DNA from: Bryobacterales bacterium
GTDB lineage: Bacteria > Acidobacteriota > Terriglobia > Bryobacterales > UBA6623
Assembly: GCA_963422375.2 (NCBI GenBank)
Contig: OY729428.2
Location: 928,001-992,000 of the forward strand
DNA length: 64,000 bases
Reading direction: 5' to 3'
The translations under genes and the position numbers were made by a program. Below are positions 50,195-60,456 of this stretch, piece after piece; positions within the stretch are counted from its first letter, which is position 1; each line of letters starts with the position of its first letter. The notes below the pieces were generated by a model. That model was not told where the DNA came from, made no database searches, and was given only the letters and a program-made list of their open reading frames with translations.

Positions 50195-51127
50195 CTAATC
50201 GCCAGTCGCGACGTGTTTCACCACCGCTCCGGTGAGGACGATCTCTCCGTCGCGCTCTTCCAGGCCACCCTCCGGCATCGGTTCGCCATCGTGATCCCGA
50301 AAGAACAGCGGCAGCCCCTCCGAGAAGTTGAGCGGGCGGCCCTTCGGGCTCTGGCGCTGGTGGTGGATGTGGATGTGAGGCTCGCTGGTGTTGCCCGAAT
50401 TCCCGCACTGTCCGAGCGGTGCGCCTTCGATCACCTCGTCCCCGGGCCTCACTGTTACGCTGCCTTCCTTGAAGTGCGCGATCACGAGATAGGTGCCGGT
50501 CTCGAGTTCGAGCACAACCGAGTTGCCGACCGGATTCTCGCGGTCTTGGCTCGACCGGCCCGGTACGTGGTCCGGGGCTCCGTCGGTCGCGATATGCACT
50601 CGTGCCGAGACGGGAGCGACCACCGGAGTGCCGAAGCAGCCGTAATCCTCCAGCCTCTCCGACCCGTGCATCGCGGGCTCGACCAAGAGGTCGTAGGCCC
50701 AGCGCTGATCCGGATACGCCGCGTGGTAGTTGGTCTCCAAGCGGTCGCCGCCCCAGCCAACGCGTAGCGTCTCGTTTGACGGCAGGCGGACCGTGGCCGA
50801 CGGCCGCGCGGTCTCGATGGCGGAGGGGAACCTGACGGGCAGGATTCCCACGCTCCACAGGCCGGGCCAAAGCGCGAGCCCCGCTAGGGCGAAGGTAGCC
50901 TGCATCGATCGGCTGAAGCGTCGCTTCCGAAGGGCATGCACCAAGAGGACGAGCAGGGAGAGGGGAGCCAGAATCTGACCGGCCGTGATCAGGCCGATCC
51001 AGCCGATGACAGCTAGCCAGCCGCCGGACAGGAACAGCGTCCAGAGGGGCGCAAGCACCAGCGCGAGGACTGACGGCAGGATCCACCGCGCGACGGATCT
51101 GAGGCGACCTGCGAGGCGTTCTGCCAC
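50195..51127 (-). CDS. M23 family metallopeptidase, membrane anchored
   Basis: N-terminal TMs; H...QRWAYD, AHF and GNSGNTSEPHIH motifs. Confidence 0.88.
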   Translation of the reverse strand: MAERLAGRLRSVARWILPSVLALVLAPLWTLFLSGGWLAVIGWIGLITAGQILAPLSLLVLLVHALRKRRFSRSMQATFALAGLALWPGLWSVGILPVRFPSAIETARPSATVRLPSNETLRVGWGGDRLETNYHAAYPDQRWAYDLLVEPAMHGSERLEDYGCFGTPVVAPVSARVHIATDGAPDHVPGRSSQDRENPVGNSVVLELETGTYLVIAHFKEGSVTVRPGDEVIEGAPLGQCGNSGNTSEPHIHIHHQRQSPKGRPLNFSEGLPLFFRDHDGEPMPEGGLEERDGEIVLTGAVVKHVATGD

Positions 51128-51263
51128 AGTAGGCAGGATGATAGCGCCGACTCGTTAAGTCCTTTGCAGGCGAGCACCTTACGGGCGTGCTATTCTGCCA
51201 TCGAGCGTTGCGCGTGGAGGTCTGCCGACAGCGGCGGCAGAAGCAAGGCCAAGGAGTGTAACG

Positions 51264-53666
51264 GTGTTTCGGCAAGCCGAGTCTAGCCGCCTGCTAGGCG
51301 CATCCTGGCTGCTCCTCGCGGCGGCCGCCCATGCGGCAACCGCGAACGAGCGCCTCGACACCGCGTTTCGAGACCAAATCCGCCCGCTCCTCGAAACCTA
51401 CTGCGCCCGCTGCCACGGACCGGAGCTCCGCACGGCCGGGATCGCTTTCTCCGACTTCCCGGACCATGCGTCCGTGGTGCGCGCCCGACCGGTCTGGGTC
51501 CGCGCCCTGCGCGTGCTGCGCGAGAACGAGATGCCGCCGGCGGGGCCGCAGCCGAGCGTCGAGGAGCGCCGGCAACTGGTCAATTGGGTCGACGACGCCA
51601 TCAACAACCTCGACTGGAGCGAGTTTTCCCATCCCGGCTCGGTCACGATCCCGCGACTGAACAGGGAGGAGTACAACAACACGATTCGCGACCTGACCGG
51701 GCTCGACTTACGTCCTGCCGACTCGTTCCCGGCCGACGGCCACGGGGAGAGCGGCTTCCGCAACGATCGCGACGGACTCTTCGTCGCTCCGTTGCTGGCG
51801 GAGAAGTATCTCGCTGCCGCGGACGCGGTCGTCTCCGAGCTGATCGAGACGCGCAAGTCCGGCGAACACCTCGGAGTCCGGCTCGAGATCGAGGACTTCC
51901 TGCGCACGGAGACGAATCACGAGTTCACGGCCTACGGCCTGGACCTGCGCAATTACCAGCAGACCGTCTATCGGTACGTGTCCTTCCCGCGCCTAGGGCG
52001 CTACCGGTTCCGCGTCCGGGCTTGGGGCCAGTCCGCTGTCCGCGGCACGGCTCCGGGCATCACCTTGCGGGTCGCCGGGCAAATCGTGGGCCAGGCCCAC
52101 GTCACATCGTCGCCGGACGCTCCGGCGGTCTACGAGTTCGAGGCGAACGTCCCGCGGGGCAGCCACCGCGTCTCCCTGCACTGGTTCAGGTCGAAGACGG
52201 CCGAAACCAATGCGTTCAACCGTCGGCTCGCTGACGAGCGAGCGCTGGCCGAAGCCGCCGCGAAGGCCGCGGGCGAGAAGCCCCCGCCGCGACCGCCGGT
52301 ACTCGTCTCACTTGATTGGGTCGAGATCAAGGAGGATCTCCTCCCCGGCCAGGACGGCTCGCTTGTCTGGGTTGCCGAGCCGAGCGGGAAGCTCTCCGAG
52401 CGCGAGGCGGCACGGCGCATCCTGCTGCGCTTCGCCGAGCGCGCGTACCGCGGGCCCGTGGGCCGGGGCGAGCTGAGGCGCCTGGCGAGCCTGTACGCGG
52501 GGGCCGCCCGGCGCGGAGACCCGTTCAGGGAGGCCGTCGGCCTCGGGCTGCGGGCCGTGCTGGTTTCGCCTAGGTTCCTGTATCGGGCCGAGCGCGGCGG
52601 CCAGCATTCCGGCGAGTACCGCCTGAACGACTACGAACTGGCGTCGCGGCTGGCGTACTTCCTCTGGATGTCGATGCCGGACGAGGAGCTGATCGAACTC
52701 GCGCGTCGGCGAGAGCTGCGCAACGAGGGCGCCCTCGCCCGGCAGGCGAGGCGCCTGCTGGCCGACCAGAAGTCCAAGTCGTTCACGGCGGCCTTCGCGG
52801 GCCAGTGGCTGGGTTTCGCGGAGCTCGGCGGGGCCATCAAGCCCGACGACGTGGCGTTCGAGACCTTCACGCCAGCGCTCGGCGAGGCGATGAAGGAGGA
52901 GGCCCGCCGCCACTTCGACGGAATCGTCCGAGAGGACAGAAGCCTGCTGGAAATCCTAGACTCCGACTACAGCTTCCTCAACGAGGAGCTGGCGAGGCAC
53001 TACGGAATCAAGGGCGTGGCCGGCCGGGAATTCCGGAAGGTCGCGCTTGACGACAGCAGGCGCGGCGGCGTCCTAGGCATGGGCGCCGTCCTGACCGCTA
53101 CCTCGCTGCCCACGCGCACGAGCCCGGTAGTGCGCGGGAAGTGGGTGCTGGAGACGATGCTGGGCGAGCAACTGCCCCCTCCTCCCCCCGACGCGGGGGA
53201 ATTGCCGCAGTCCGGCGAGAGCTGGGAAGGCATGACCTTGCGGCAGGTGTTCGAGATGCACAGGGATGAGCCGCGCTGCGCAGCTTGCCACGATCGCATT
53301 GACCCGATCGGGTTCGGACTGGAGAACTTCGACGCCATCGGGCGGTGGCGCGACGAGGACAACGGGCAGCCCGTCGACGCGACCGGCACGCTGCCTAGTG
53401 GCACGCGATTCGACGGCCCCGTCGAACTCAAGCGAATCCTCTTGGCGAGGCGCGAGGATTTCGCCCGCATGGTGAGCGGGGAAATGCTGAAGTTTGCACT
53501 CGGTCGCGATTTGGAGTACTATGACCAGCCAGCGGTCCGAGAGATCAGCGATTCGGTGATTCGCAGCGGATACAGCGCCTCGGCGCTGATTGCCGGCATC
53601 GTCAAAAGCTACCCGTTCCGCTACCGGCGGAGCGCGACGGACACAGACGAGGAGGCGAACCGGTGA
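51264..53666 (+). CDS. DUF1592-family multidomain protein with two c-type heme motifs
   Basis: CARCH, RLNREEYNN, ELASRLAYFLW, TSPVVRGKWVL and CAACH...DPIGFGLENFD motifs. Confidence 0.9.
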   Translation: MFRQAESSRLLGASWLLLAAAAHAATANERLDTAFRDQIRPLLETYCARCHGPELRTAGIAFSDFPDHASVVRARPVWVRALRVLRENEMPPAGPQPSVEERRQLVNWVDDAINNLDWSEFSHPGSVTIPRLNREEYNNTIRDLTGLDLRPADSFPADGHGESGFRNDRDGLFVAPLLAEKYLAAADAVVSELIETRKSGEHLGVRLEIEDFLRTETNHEFTAYGLDLRNYQQTVYRYVSFPRLGRYRFRVRAWGQSAVRGTAPGITLRVAGQIVGQAHVTSSPDAPAVYEFEANVPRGSHRVSLHWFRSKTAETNAFNRRLADERALAEAAAKAAGEKPPPRPPVLVSLDWVEIKEDLLPGQDGSLVWVAEPSGKLSEREAARRILLRFAERAYRGPVGRGELRRLASLYAGAARRGDPFREAVGLGLRAVLVSPRFLYRAERGGQHSGEYRLNDYELASRLAYFLWMSMPDEELIELARRRELRNEGALARQARRLLADQKSKSFTAAFAGQWLGFAELGGAIKPDDVAFETFTPALGEAMKEEARRHFDGIVREDRSLLEILDSDYSFLNEELARHYGIKGVAGREFRKVALDDSRRGGVLGMGAVLTATSLPTRTSPVVRGKWVLETMLGEQLPPPPPDAGELPQSGESWEGMTLRQVFEMHRDEPRCAACHDRIDPIGFGLENFDAIGRWRDEDNGQPVDATGTLPSGTRFDGPVELKRILLARREDFARMVSGEMLKFALGRDLEYYDQPAVREISDSVIRSGYSASALIAGIVKSYPFRYRRSATDTDEEANR

Positions 53667-54994
53667 GAGGCAGGCAGATTTCGAGACGCACGGTGCTGCG
53701 GGGGATGGGCGTGTCGCTTGCCCTGCCCCTGATGGACGTGACCGAGCCCGCGAGAGGCGCGGCCCGCCTGGCAGCTTCGCAGGACCCCGTGCGCCTCGCG
53801 ACGCTGTTCCATCCCAACGGCGTGTACCCGCCGAACTGGGATCCGGAAGGAACCGGCCGCGATTACAAGCTCTCGCGCATCCTCGAGCCGCTGGAGCCGG
53901 TGCGAAGCGACGTCACCGTCATCTCGAATCTCTGCACGGGCGCCAAAGGCCACGTGGGCGCCACGTCGGCGTTCCTGACCGGCACGCCTCTCCACAAGAA
54001 GGCGGCCGGACGGATCAACACCCCCGACATGGGGACGTCGCTGGACCAGTTCGTCGCTGAACGGATCGGAGCGCAGAACAGCATCGCGTCGCTCGAGGTG
54101 GGTGCCGAGCCACCGCGCTCGGGCGGGGAGAACGGCTTGGCGATCTCGTACGCCAACACCGTCTCGTGGCGTTCCGACAGCACCAAGGTGGATCCGGAGA
54201 TCGAGCCGCAAGCCGTCTTCGACAGGCTGTTCGGCGTGAGCAAGAAGACTCGCCGGGAGCTCCGGGACGAAGCGAGCATCATCGACCACGTCCTCGACGA
54301 CGCCAAGGCCCTGCGGGCCCGCGGCAGCGCTGCCGACCGACGCAAGCTGGACGAGTTTCTCGCGTCCGTGCGAGAGGTCGAGCAGCGGATCGAGCGCAAC
54401 CTCAGCCCGTCGAATCCCGAAGCCGACTGGAAGCCGCTGGTCGAGCCCGATCTCTACCGCCCGGAGGCTGGCATCCCGGCGACACGCGACGAGCACTTGC
54501 GCCAGATGCTGGATCTGATCGTTCTAGCCTTCCAGACGAACACGACCCGCGTCGCGACATTCATGATGGCGCACGGCTTCAGCCGACAGAACTTCACGTT
54601 CCTCGAAGGAGTGAGCGGGGACCACCATTCGATCTCGCATCACAAGGAGAGCCCGGAACTAACCGAGCCCTACACGATCGTCAGCAGCTGGTACGTCTCG
54701 CAGCTGGTCTACCTCGTGGAGAAGATGAAGGCGGTGCCGGAGCGACACGGCAGGACCTTGCTGGACAACACCATGATCCTGTACGGCTCGGCCCTCAAGA
54801 ACGGCAACGGGCATACAACTAAGAACCTGCCGGTGCTGCTCGCCGGTCGCGGCGGAGGCAAGCTGAATCCGGGCAGGCGCATCGTGCTTCCCGAAAACAC
54901 GCCCGTCACGAACCTCCATCTGAGCCTGGCTCGCAACATGGGCGTCGAGGCGGGCCAGTTCAACGCTAGTACGGGACCAGTCGCGAACCTCTAG
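53663..54994 (+). CDS. DUF1552 family protein
   Basis: SRRTVLRG.G..LALP, PNGV, HHSISHH and YGS motifs; GTGA overlap with the previous gene. Confidence 0.9.
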   Translation: MRGRQISRRTVLRGMGVSLALPLMDVTEPARGAARLAASQDPVRLATLFHPNGVYPPNWDPEGTGRDYKLSRILEPLEPVRSDVTVISNLCTGAKGHVGATSAFLTGTPLHKKAAGRINTPDMGTSLDQFVAERIGAQNSIASLEVGAEPPRSGGENGLAISYANTVSWRSDSTKVDPEIEPQAVFDRLFGVSKKTRRELRDEASIIDHVLDDAKALRARGSAADRRKLDEFLASVREVEQRIERNLSPSNPEADWKPLVEPDLYRPEAGIPATRDEHLRQMLDLIVLAFQTNTTRVATFMMAHGFSRQNFTFLEGVSGDHHSISHHKESPELTEPYTIVSSWYVSQLVYLVEKMKAVPERHGRTLLDNTMILYGSALKNGNGHTTKNLPVLLAGRGGGKLNPGRRIVLPENTPVTNLHLSLARNMGVEAGQFNASTGPVANL

Positions 54995-55000
54995 GCTTCC

Positions 55001-55078
55001 GCCTGTCGCATCCCGCCCAAGGGGCGAGGGCCGCAATCGTCCTCCAGACGCTTGCCCTTGGGTATGGCAGCAGGCTTT
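55001..55078. terminator. Long imperfect hairpin between convergent genes
   Basis: cccaaggg (55016-55023) pairs with cccttggg (55055-55062); outer gcctg/caggc, followed by ttt. Confidence 0.35.
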
Positions 55079-55194
55079 CCGCGAATGGGTGTCGACCAAT
55101 GCCTTGTAGGATGTCGCCACATTGATGGACATCCGGCGGACACGGTCGACGGTTGCCGAACCAAGACCTCGGTAGACGAGAGGGTACTGGATGA

Positions 55195-56427
55195 CTACCG
55201 GGGGCGTTCTGCAGCCGGGTTAGCGTCCGCCTCGGACTGACGTGCCTGGTCCAGCACGATCACTAGAGCGCGTGCGGTGTCCGCGTCGTCTGGGTCGTGT
55301 CGCAGTATTGCCTCAAGCTCCTCGATGCCCTCCCTCCAGCGTCCCAGTCTGCACAGCACGAGGGCGAGGTTGCGACGTGCCACCGCATTGAGGGGCTCGA
55401 TTTCGAGCACGTCCCGGTACTTATCGAGAGCTTCCGCGTGTTGACCGGCCTCGTCGAGTCGCACAGCCTCCGCGTGCAGACGGGCAGTCTCTATCTCGTT
55501 CTGCCGGGCCTTGTCGGACGCCCCAATCATGCGCGCCAGCTCCCGGCGATACTTCAGCGACTCGCTCCGGCGACCGGCCTTGTGCAGGGAACGTGTCAGG
55601 TTATACAGAATCGACTGGTCGTCGGGCCGAAGATCGTGCGCTCGGAGGAAATGGGCTGCGGCGTTCGCGTGGTCTCCGCGACGCTGCAGTTCCTGTGCCA
55701 GATGGTAGTGGGCGTCGGGACTTCCGGGGTCCAGGTCAACGGCCTTGAGGAACAGCGAATGGGCCTCGTCCTCAAGCAGGAGCCCCTTGCGCGCCAGACC
55801 GAGGGCCAGAAAGGCATCGCCGCTCTGGGGATCCAGATCCGTCGACCTCTCGAACTCGCGGGCCGCTTGCTGCGTCCGGCCGCGCTCGGCGAACAGCTTG
55901 CCGTTGAGAAAGTGCAGCCTCGCCAGCTTGCGACGGTCCGTCTCGAGGCGCAGCGCGCTGGCCAAGTGGGCGGCGGCCCGGTCGAACTCGCCCCTCGCGG
56001 CGAGGATCAGCCCGAGGTTCAGGTGGGCATCCCCGAGATCGGGGTCCAAGGACACCGCCCGCTCCAAGACTTGGAGAGCGGCGTCGGTCTCTCCCAGACG
56101 GGCGAACGCGGCCCCTGCGCCTGCATGAACGCGCGGGCGGTTGGGTCCCAGCTCGATCGCCCGCAGCAGGGCCTCCACGGCCTCGTTGCGACGGGGCACC
56201 AGCGACAAGGCCATTCCGAGGCTGAGATGGACCTCGGCATCGTCCGGCCTGTCGCTCGCCGCAGCCTCCAGCAGGGCGATCGCTTGGCTGACGGCACGCC
56301 GCTGGATCAATTCGGACGCCCGGGCGACGCGCCGGTCGACCTCGTGCGCGGCCGGCTGCGCCTGTCCGCCGGTCCCGCCCGCGAGCGCGGCGAACAAGAG
56401 ACTGGCGGCTAATTCGCGGGTGGCCAT
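55195..56427 (-). CDS. Exported tetratricopeptide repeat protein
   Basis: Signal peptide; TPR units (AHLNLG, AHYHLA, ARRNLA). Confidence 0.85.
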   Translation of the reverse strand: MATRELAASLLFAALAGGTGGQAQPAAHEVDRRVARASELIQRRAVSQAIALLEAAASDRPDDAEVHLSLGMALSLVPRRNEAVEALLRAIELGPNRPRVHAGAGAAFARLGETDAALQVLERAVSLDPDLGDAHLNLGLILAARGEFDRAAAHLASALRLETDRRKLARLHFLNGKLFAERGRTQQAAREFERSTDLDPQSGDAFLALGLARKGLLLEDEAHSLFLKAVDLDPGSPDAHYHLAQELQRRGDHANAAAHFLRAHDLRPDDQSILYNLTRSLHKAGRRSESLKYRRELARMIGASDKARQNEIETARLHAEAVRLDEAGQHAEALDKYRDVLEIEPLNAVARRNLALVLCRLGRWREGIEELEAILRHDPDDADTARALVIVLDQARQSEADANPAAERPR

Positions 56428-56557
56428 CGACTTCACGGAGACTGCAGGGCTCGCGAGCCCTCCGGAACGACGCGTCCGGTCCCTGCCCGCTTCTCGGCAG
56501 GCCCGCGGGCGGCAATCGGCCGAACCGGCCACCGCGCCTCGGGCCCCCGGGAACGGG

Positions 56558-59500
56558 TCAGAAAATTATCTTTAGCCCGAATTGCACCTGGCGTATCGGC
56601 GCGATCGTGCTGGTGACCCTCCCTGCAGTTGGGGACAGCACTGTGGAATCGGGAGAGCCGTAGTTGACGAGATTGAAGAGGTTGAAGAACTCGGAGCGGA
56701 CTTCCACCCAGCGCTCGTCTCCCCAGCCGAAGCGCTTGAACAGGGAGAAGTCGAAGAAGGTCACGTTCTCGGAATTGACCAAGCCGCGCCCGGCGTCGCC
56801 GAAGCTGCCGAAGTCCGGCACGGCGAAAGCGTCCGGATTGAACCACCGCGCCGAGGACCCGGCGCCCGAGTTCGGGTCGCCAACCAAGTTGGGCCGCATG
56901 TAGCTCCACCAAGCCACCGTGTTGCCGATGTTGGCCACGTCTCCGTTCACAACCATGTTGATCGGCTGCCCGCTACGGACCTGGAGCAGCGAGTTCGCGT
57001 GCCAGTTGCCGAGAACCCAGGCCGCCGGGCCCCTGTTGAAGACTCGCTTGCCCTTGCCGGCCGGGATCTCCCATACCGAGGAAACGGACAGGAAGTGCGG
57101 AATGTTGTAACCGGCGACGCCCCTGTTGCTTTCCAAGTTGTAGAAGTCCTGGACGTAGGAGCTCCCCCCGGCGCCGTTCTCGGCAGTGAAGAAGCCGCTG
57201 GCGCCGTTGTCAATCGCTTCCGACCAAGTGTAGGACGCCAAGAACGAGAGGCCGTCGGAGAACCGCCGCTCGGCCTTGAACTCGAGGCCGTGGTAGTCCG
57301 ACTCACCGCGGTCGTCGCCCCAGAACACGGTCGGCATGTGCGGCTGGGGCTTCCTAGCCGTGACCTCTTCCGCGCTCCCCGGACCGGGCCTCGCGGTATT
57401 CCCCAAGCCCGTGATCTGCAGGCGCCGGCTCACGCTGCCGACATACCCGGCCGACAGGACTAGGTTCTGGCTGACCTGCTGCTGGAGCTCAACATTCCAT
57501 TGATGGCCTACCGGATTCTTGTTGTTGTGATCGACGCACCAGCACGTGTCGCCCCAAGGCTGCGGGCCGGGTAGCGGGCTGCCGAGCTTCGTGCGGAGCT
57601 CTTCCACGAGGCGCACCGGCTCGCCCGGAGCGTTCGAAGGCTCGAAAAAGCCCGTGTTGGAGGGCCACCCGCCGATTCCCTGCCACGACTGGTTGACCCC
57701 GGTCAGCTGGTCGAACACGATGCCGTAGCCGACGCGCAGGACAGTGGTCGGGTTCATGCTCCACGCCAGGCCGAACCGAGGCTGCCAGTTGTCCCAGACC
57801 GGGATCGGTCCGATGCTCTTGTGATGAGCGAGGCGGATGAAGTCCCCGTGCGGCACGTCCTGGAGCCCGTCTCCGGGTATGCACGGGGCGACCCCGGCCT
57901 GGTTGCACGACGGCGGCATCGAGTCGAGACCAATCAGGAAGCCGCCCGAAGCTAGGTCGAAGTTCGTCTTGAAGGCGCCCGAAGCGGATTCCACGTCCGG
58001 CCACATCAGGTGGTCGAAGCGCAAGCCGATGTTGAGGGTCAGGTTCGGCCTCAGGCGCCACTCGTCCTGGGCGTAGGCTCCGAACGTCTGGTATCCGAAG
58101 AATACCTGTTGCGGCAAGCCGCCGGAAACCTGCGAGGGCACGCCGATCAGGGCCGACGCCACCGGGTCGCCCGTAGTTCCCACCTGGTCCGGGCGCAGGC
58201 CCTGCGTGGGAACTTCGGTGAAGTTGAAGCTGATCGAGCCGGTCGAGCCGGGCGTGAGCGTGTGGCGCAGTGTCTGCACGCCGAACTTCAGCGTGTGGTT
58301 GCCGCGAATCCAGCTCAGGTTGCCGGTGTAGTGATACTGCTCGTAGTAGAACTCCAAGGGCCCTTCCATGCGGCGCAGGGCGCCTACGTCGCCGCCGGCG
58401 AAGCCGCCGCTGCCGATGGCCATTCGCGGAATCGGCTGCACGCCGTCGATAGTGCCGAATCCCGCTGCCACGGCGGGTCCGCCCCCCACCGAATCGTCCG
58501 GCAGCGTTCCCTGCCGGTAAGGCTCCTTGGCATAGCCGTAGCTGTGGTCCATGATCACGGTCGGGGAGAAGCTGTGGAACCATCCGCCGCCGTAGTTGAA
58601 GAAGGGGAATTCTCCGACCTCGTTGATCAGCTGGGTCGACGGCGTGAGCTGCGCGCCGTCGATCTTGCTGTAGCGGAACCAGGCGCGGTCGAGCTCGCTG
58701 AACTGGTGATCGACGCGGATCTGGAAATTGTTAGCGTCGTTCGTCGCCGCGTCCCCGTTGATGACATTGAACTGCGGATCGCCTGACAAGTTCGGCTTGT
58801 CGTAGTAGCCCCTCAGGTACGTCTGCATCGACTGGTTGAGGCTGGAGGAAGGAATGACGTTGTTCGGGTATTGGTCGCGAACGAAGCCCTCGCCGGACGG
58901 ATCCGCCCTCGTCGTGAGGGGATCGTAGAGGTTGCGCCCGGTCGGCCAGGCGGAAAAGTCGCCGTTCAGCTGGGCGTCCGTCGGCACGTAGTAGCGGTTC
59001 GAGCGGGGATTGCTGAAGCGCCAGCCCTCGTACGCGCCGAAGAAGAACGTCTTGTTCCGGAAGATCGGGCCCCCGACCGCGGCCCCGAACTGGTTCTGGC
59101 GGAACGCCGCCGGCTTGGTATTGAACTCGTCCTGGAAGGGGTCGCGCGCGTTGAGGACGTCGTTGCGCACGAATTCCCACACCGTGCCGTGGAACTCGTT
59201 CGTGCCGGTCTTGGAAATGACGTTGATGATGCCGCCGAGCACTCCGCCGAACTCGGCCTTGTCGTTGTGGGACTGGACCTTGAACTCCTCTATCGCGTCG
59301 ATGATCGGCGGGATGACGTACATGTTGCCGATGTAGTTGGTGTTGTTCAGCCCGTCGAGCAGGTGGATGTTCATGCGGTTCCACTGGCCGTGAATCGACG
59401 GATTCGAGAACGACGCGCCGGGAACCCCCACGTTGGCGAGGTCGTGGCTGCCGATGCCGCTGCTCTGAGCCGTGCTGATGGGCGTCGCGCCGGGCGTCAG

Positions 59501-59989
59501 CGTCAGAAGCTGCGTGAAGTTCCGTCCGTTCAGCGGCAGATCCTCGACGGCTTTCACGCCGATGACCGTGCCGAGTTCCGAGGTCGACTGCTGCAGCTGC
59601 TCGGCCTGCGCGACGACCTCGATCCGCTCCGTGACGTCACCCACCTGCAGGGACACGTTCTGCGTCACCGTCTGGTTCACGCCGACGTTGAAAGTCGGCA
59701 GGACCGCCGTCTTGAAGCCAGCCTGCTCGACTACCAGCGTGAAGTTGCCCGGCTGGACATTCACGAGCACGAAGAAGCCGCTGGCGTTGGACCGGGTCGT
59801 GACTTCGACCCCAGTCTCGACGTTGGAGAGCGTCACAGACGATCCCGGCAGCACCGCCCCGGTCGGGTCGGTGACCGTCCCGTTGACGCCTCCGGTCGTG
59901 CTCTGCCCGAACGCGGGCGCGACCGTCAGCAACAAACCGGCAAGAAGGAGCCTGCCGGCTGCGCCAGTGCGCGACGAAACTGTTCTCAT
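56558..59989 (-). CDS. TonB-dependent receptor, Oar-like, with carboxypeptidase-regulatory N-domain
   Basis: GTVTDPTGAV, LPLNGRNF, QNQFG..VGGPI and AYAQDEW motifs; C-terminal RQVQFGLKIIF. Confidence 0.93.
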   Translation of the reverse strand: MRTVSSRTGAAGRLLLAGLLLTVAPAFGQSTTGGVNGTVTDPTGAVLPGSSVTLSNVETGVEVTTRSNASGFFVLVNVQPGNFTLVVEQAGFKTAVLPTFNVGVNQTVTQNVSLQVGDVTERIEVVAQAEQLQQSTSELGTVIGVKAVEDLPLNGRNFTQLLTLTPGATPISTAQSSGIGSHDLANVGVPGASFSNPSIHGQWNRMNIHLLDGLNNTNYIGNMYVIPPIIDAIEEFKVQSHNDKAEFGGVLGGIINVISKTGTNEFHGTVWEFVRNDVLNARDPFQDEFNTKPAAFRQNQFGAAVGGPIFRNKTFFFGAYEGWRFSNPRSNRYYVPTDAQLNGDFSAWPTGRNLYDPLTTRADPSGEGFVRDQYPNNVIPSSSLNQSMQTYLRGYYDKPNLSGDPQFNVINGDAATNDANNFQIRVDHQFSELDRAWFRYSKIDGAQLTPSTQLINEVGEFPFFNYGGGWFHSFSPTVIMDHSYGYAKEPYRQGTLPDDSVGGGPAVAAGFGTIDGVQPIPRMAIGSGGFAGGDVGALRRMEGPLEFYYEQYHYTGNLSWIRGNHTLKFGVQTLRHTLTPGSTGSISFNFTEVPTQGLRPDQVGTTGDPVASALIGVPSQVSGGLPQQVFFGYQTFGAYAQDEWRLRPNLTLNIGLRFDHLMWPDVESASGAFKTNFDLASGGFLIGLDSMPPSCNQAGVAPCIPGDGLQDVPHGDFIRLAHHKSIGPIPVWDNWQPRFGLAWSMNPTTVLRVGYGIVFDQLTGVNQSWQGIGGWPSNTGFFEPSNAPGEPVRLVEELRTKLGSPLPGPQPWGDTCWCVDHNNKNPVGHQWNVELQQQVSQNLVLSAGYVGSVSRRLQITGLGNTARPGPGSAEEVTARKPQPHMPTVFWGDDRGESDYHGLEFKAERRFSDGLSFLASYTWSEAIDNGASGFFTAENGAGGSSYVQDFYNLESNRGVAGYNIPHFLSVSSVWEIPAGKGKRVFNRGPAAWVLGNWHANSLLQVRSGQPINMVVNGDVANIGNTVAWWSYMRPNLVGDPNSGAGSSARWFNPDAFAVPDFGSFGDAGRGLVNSENVTFFDFSLFKRFGWGDERWVEVRSEFFNLFNLVNYGSPDSTVLSPTAGRVTSTIAPIRQVQFGLKIIF

Positions 59990-60456
59990 CGAGGTTTCTC
60001 CTGCTTCTGCCTGCATGGACGCACCTCAACCGGCCCGGCCCCGCTTGGCCGTACCCTTGACCCGATCCGTCTGTTGGCAGGACAATAACACACGAGCATC
60101 CGGACCTGCAATTCCGGAGATCGGTCGGCTTGCCGAGGGGAGCGGCAAGGGGTTGCGATCCATCCGGGCCCCCGCGGGCGCTGGAGAGTCTCCTCGGCGG
60201 ATCGAAACACCCTGCAGATGGCTCGCACGGGCTGTTGCGGGTCCCGTGCCCGCGGCTCGCTCAGCGTGACAGTGACAGGCAAGCCTTCGTACGATGCAGA
60301 CGCCGGTCTGCGCCGCTCTCGCATGGCGCCATCCCTCGGCGTGAAGCTGCTCCGCGCTCCCGGCACCGGACTCCACTCAGGCCCTCGGAGCAGGCTGCGC
60401 CGACGCTCTCTCCGGGCGTCGGACACGCCCGCCGGGATAGCCGAGAATACGAAGCG

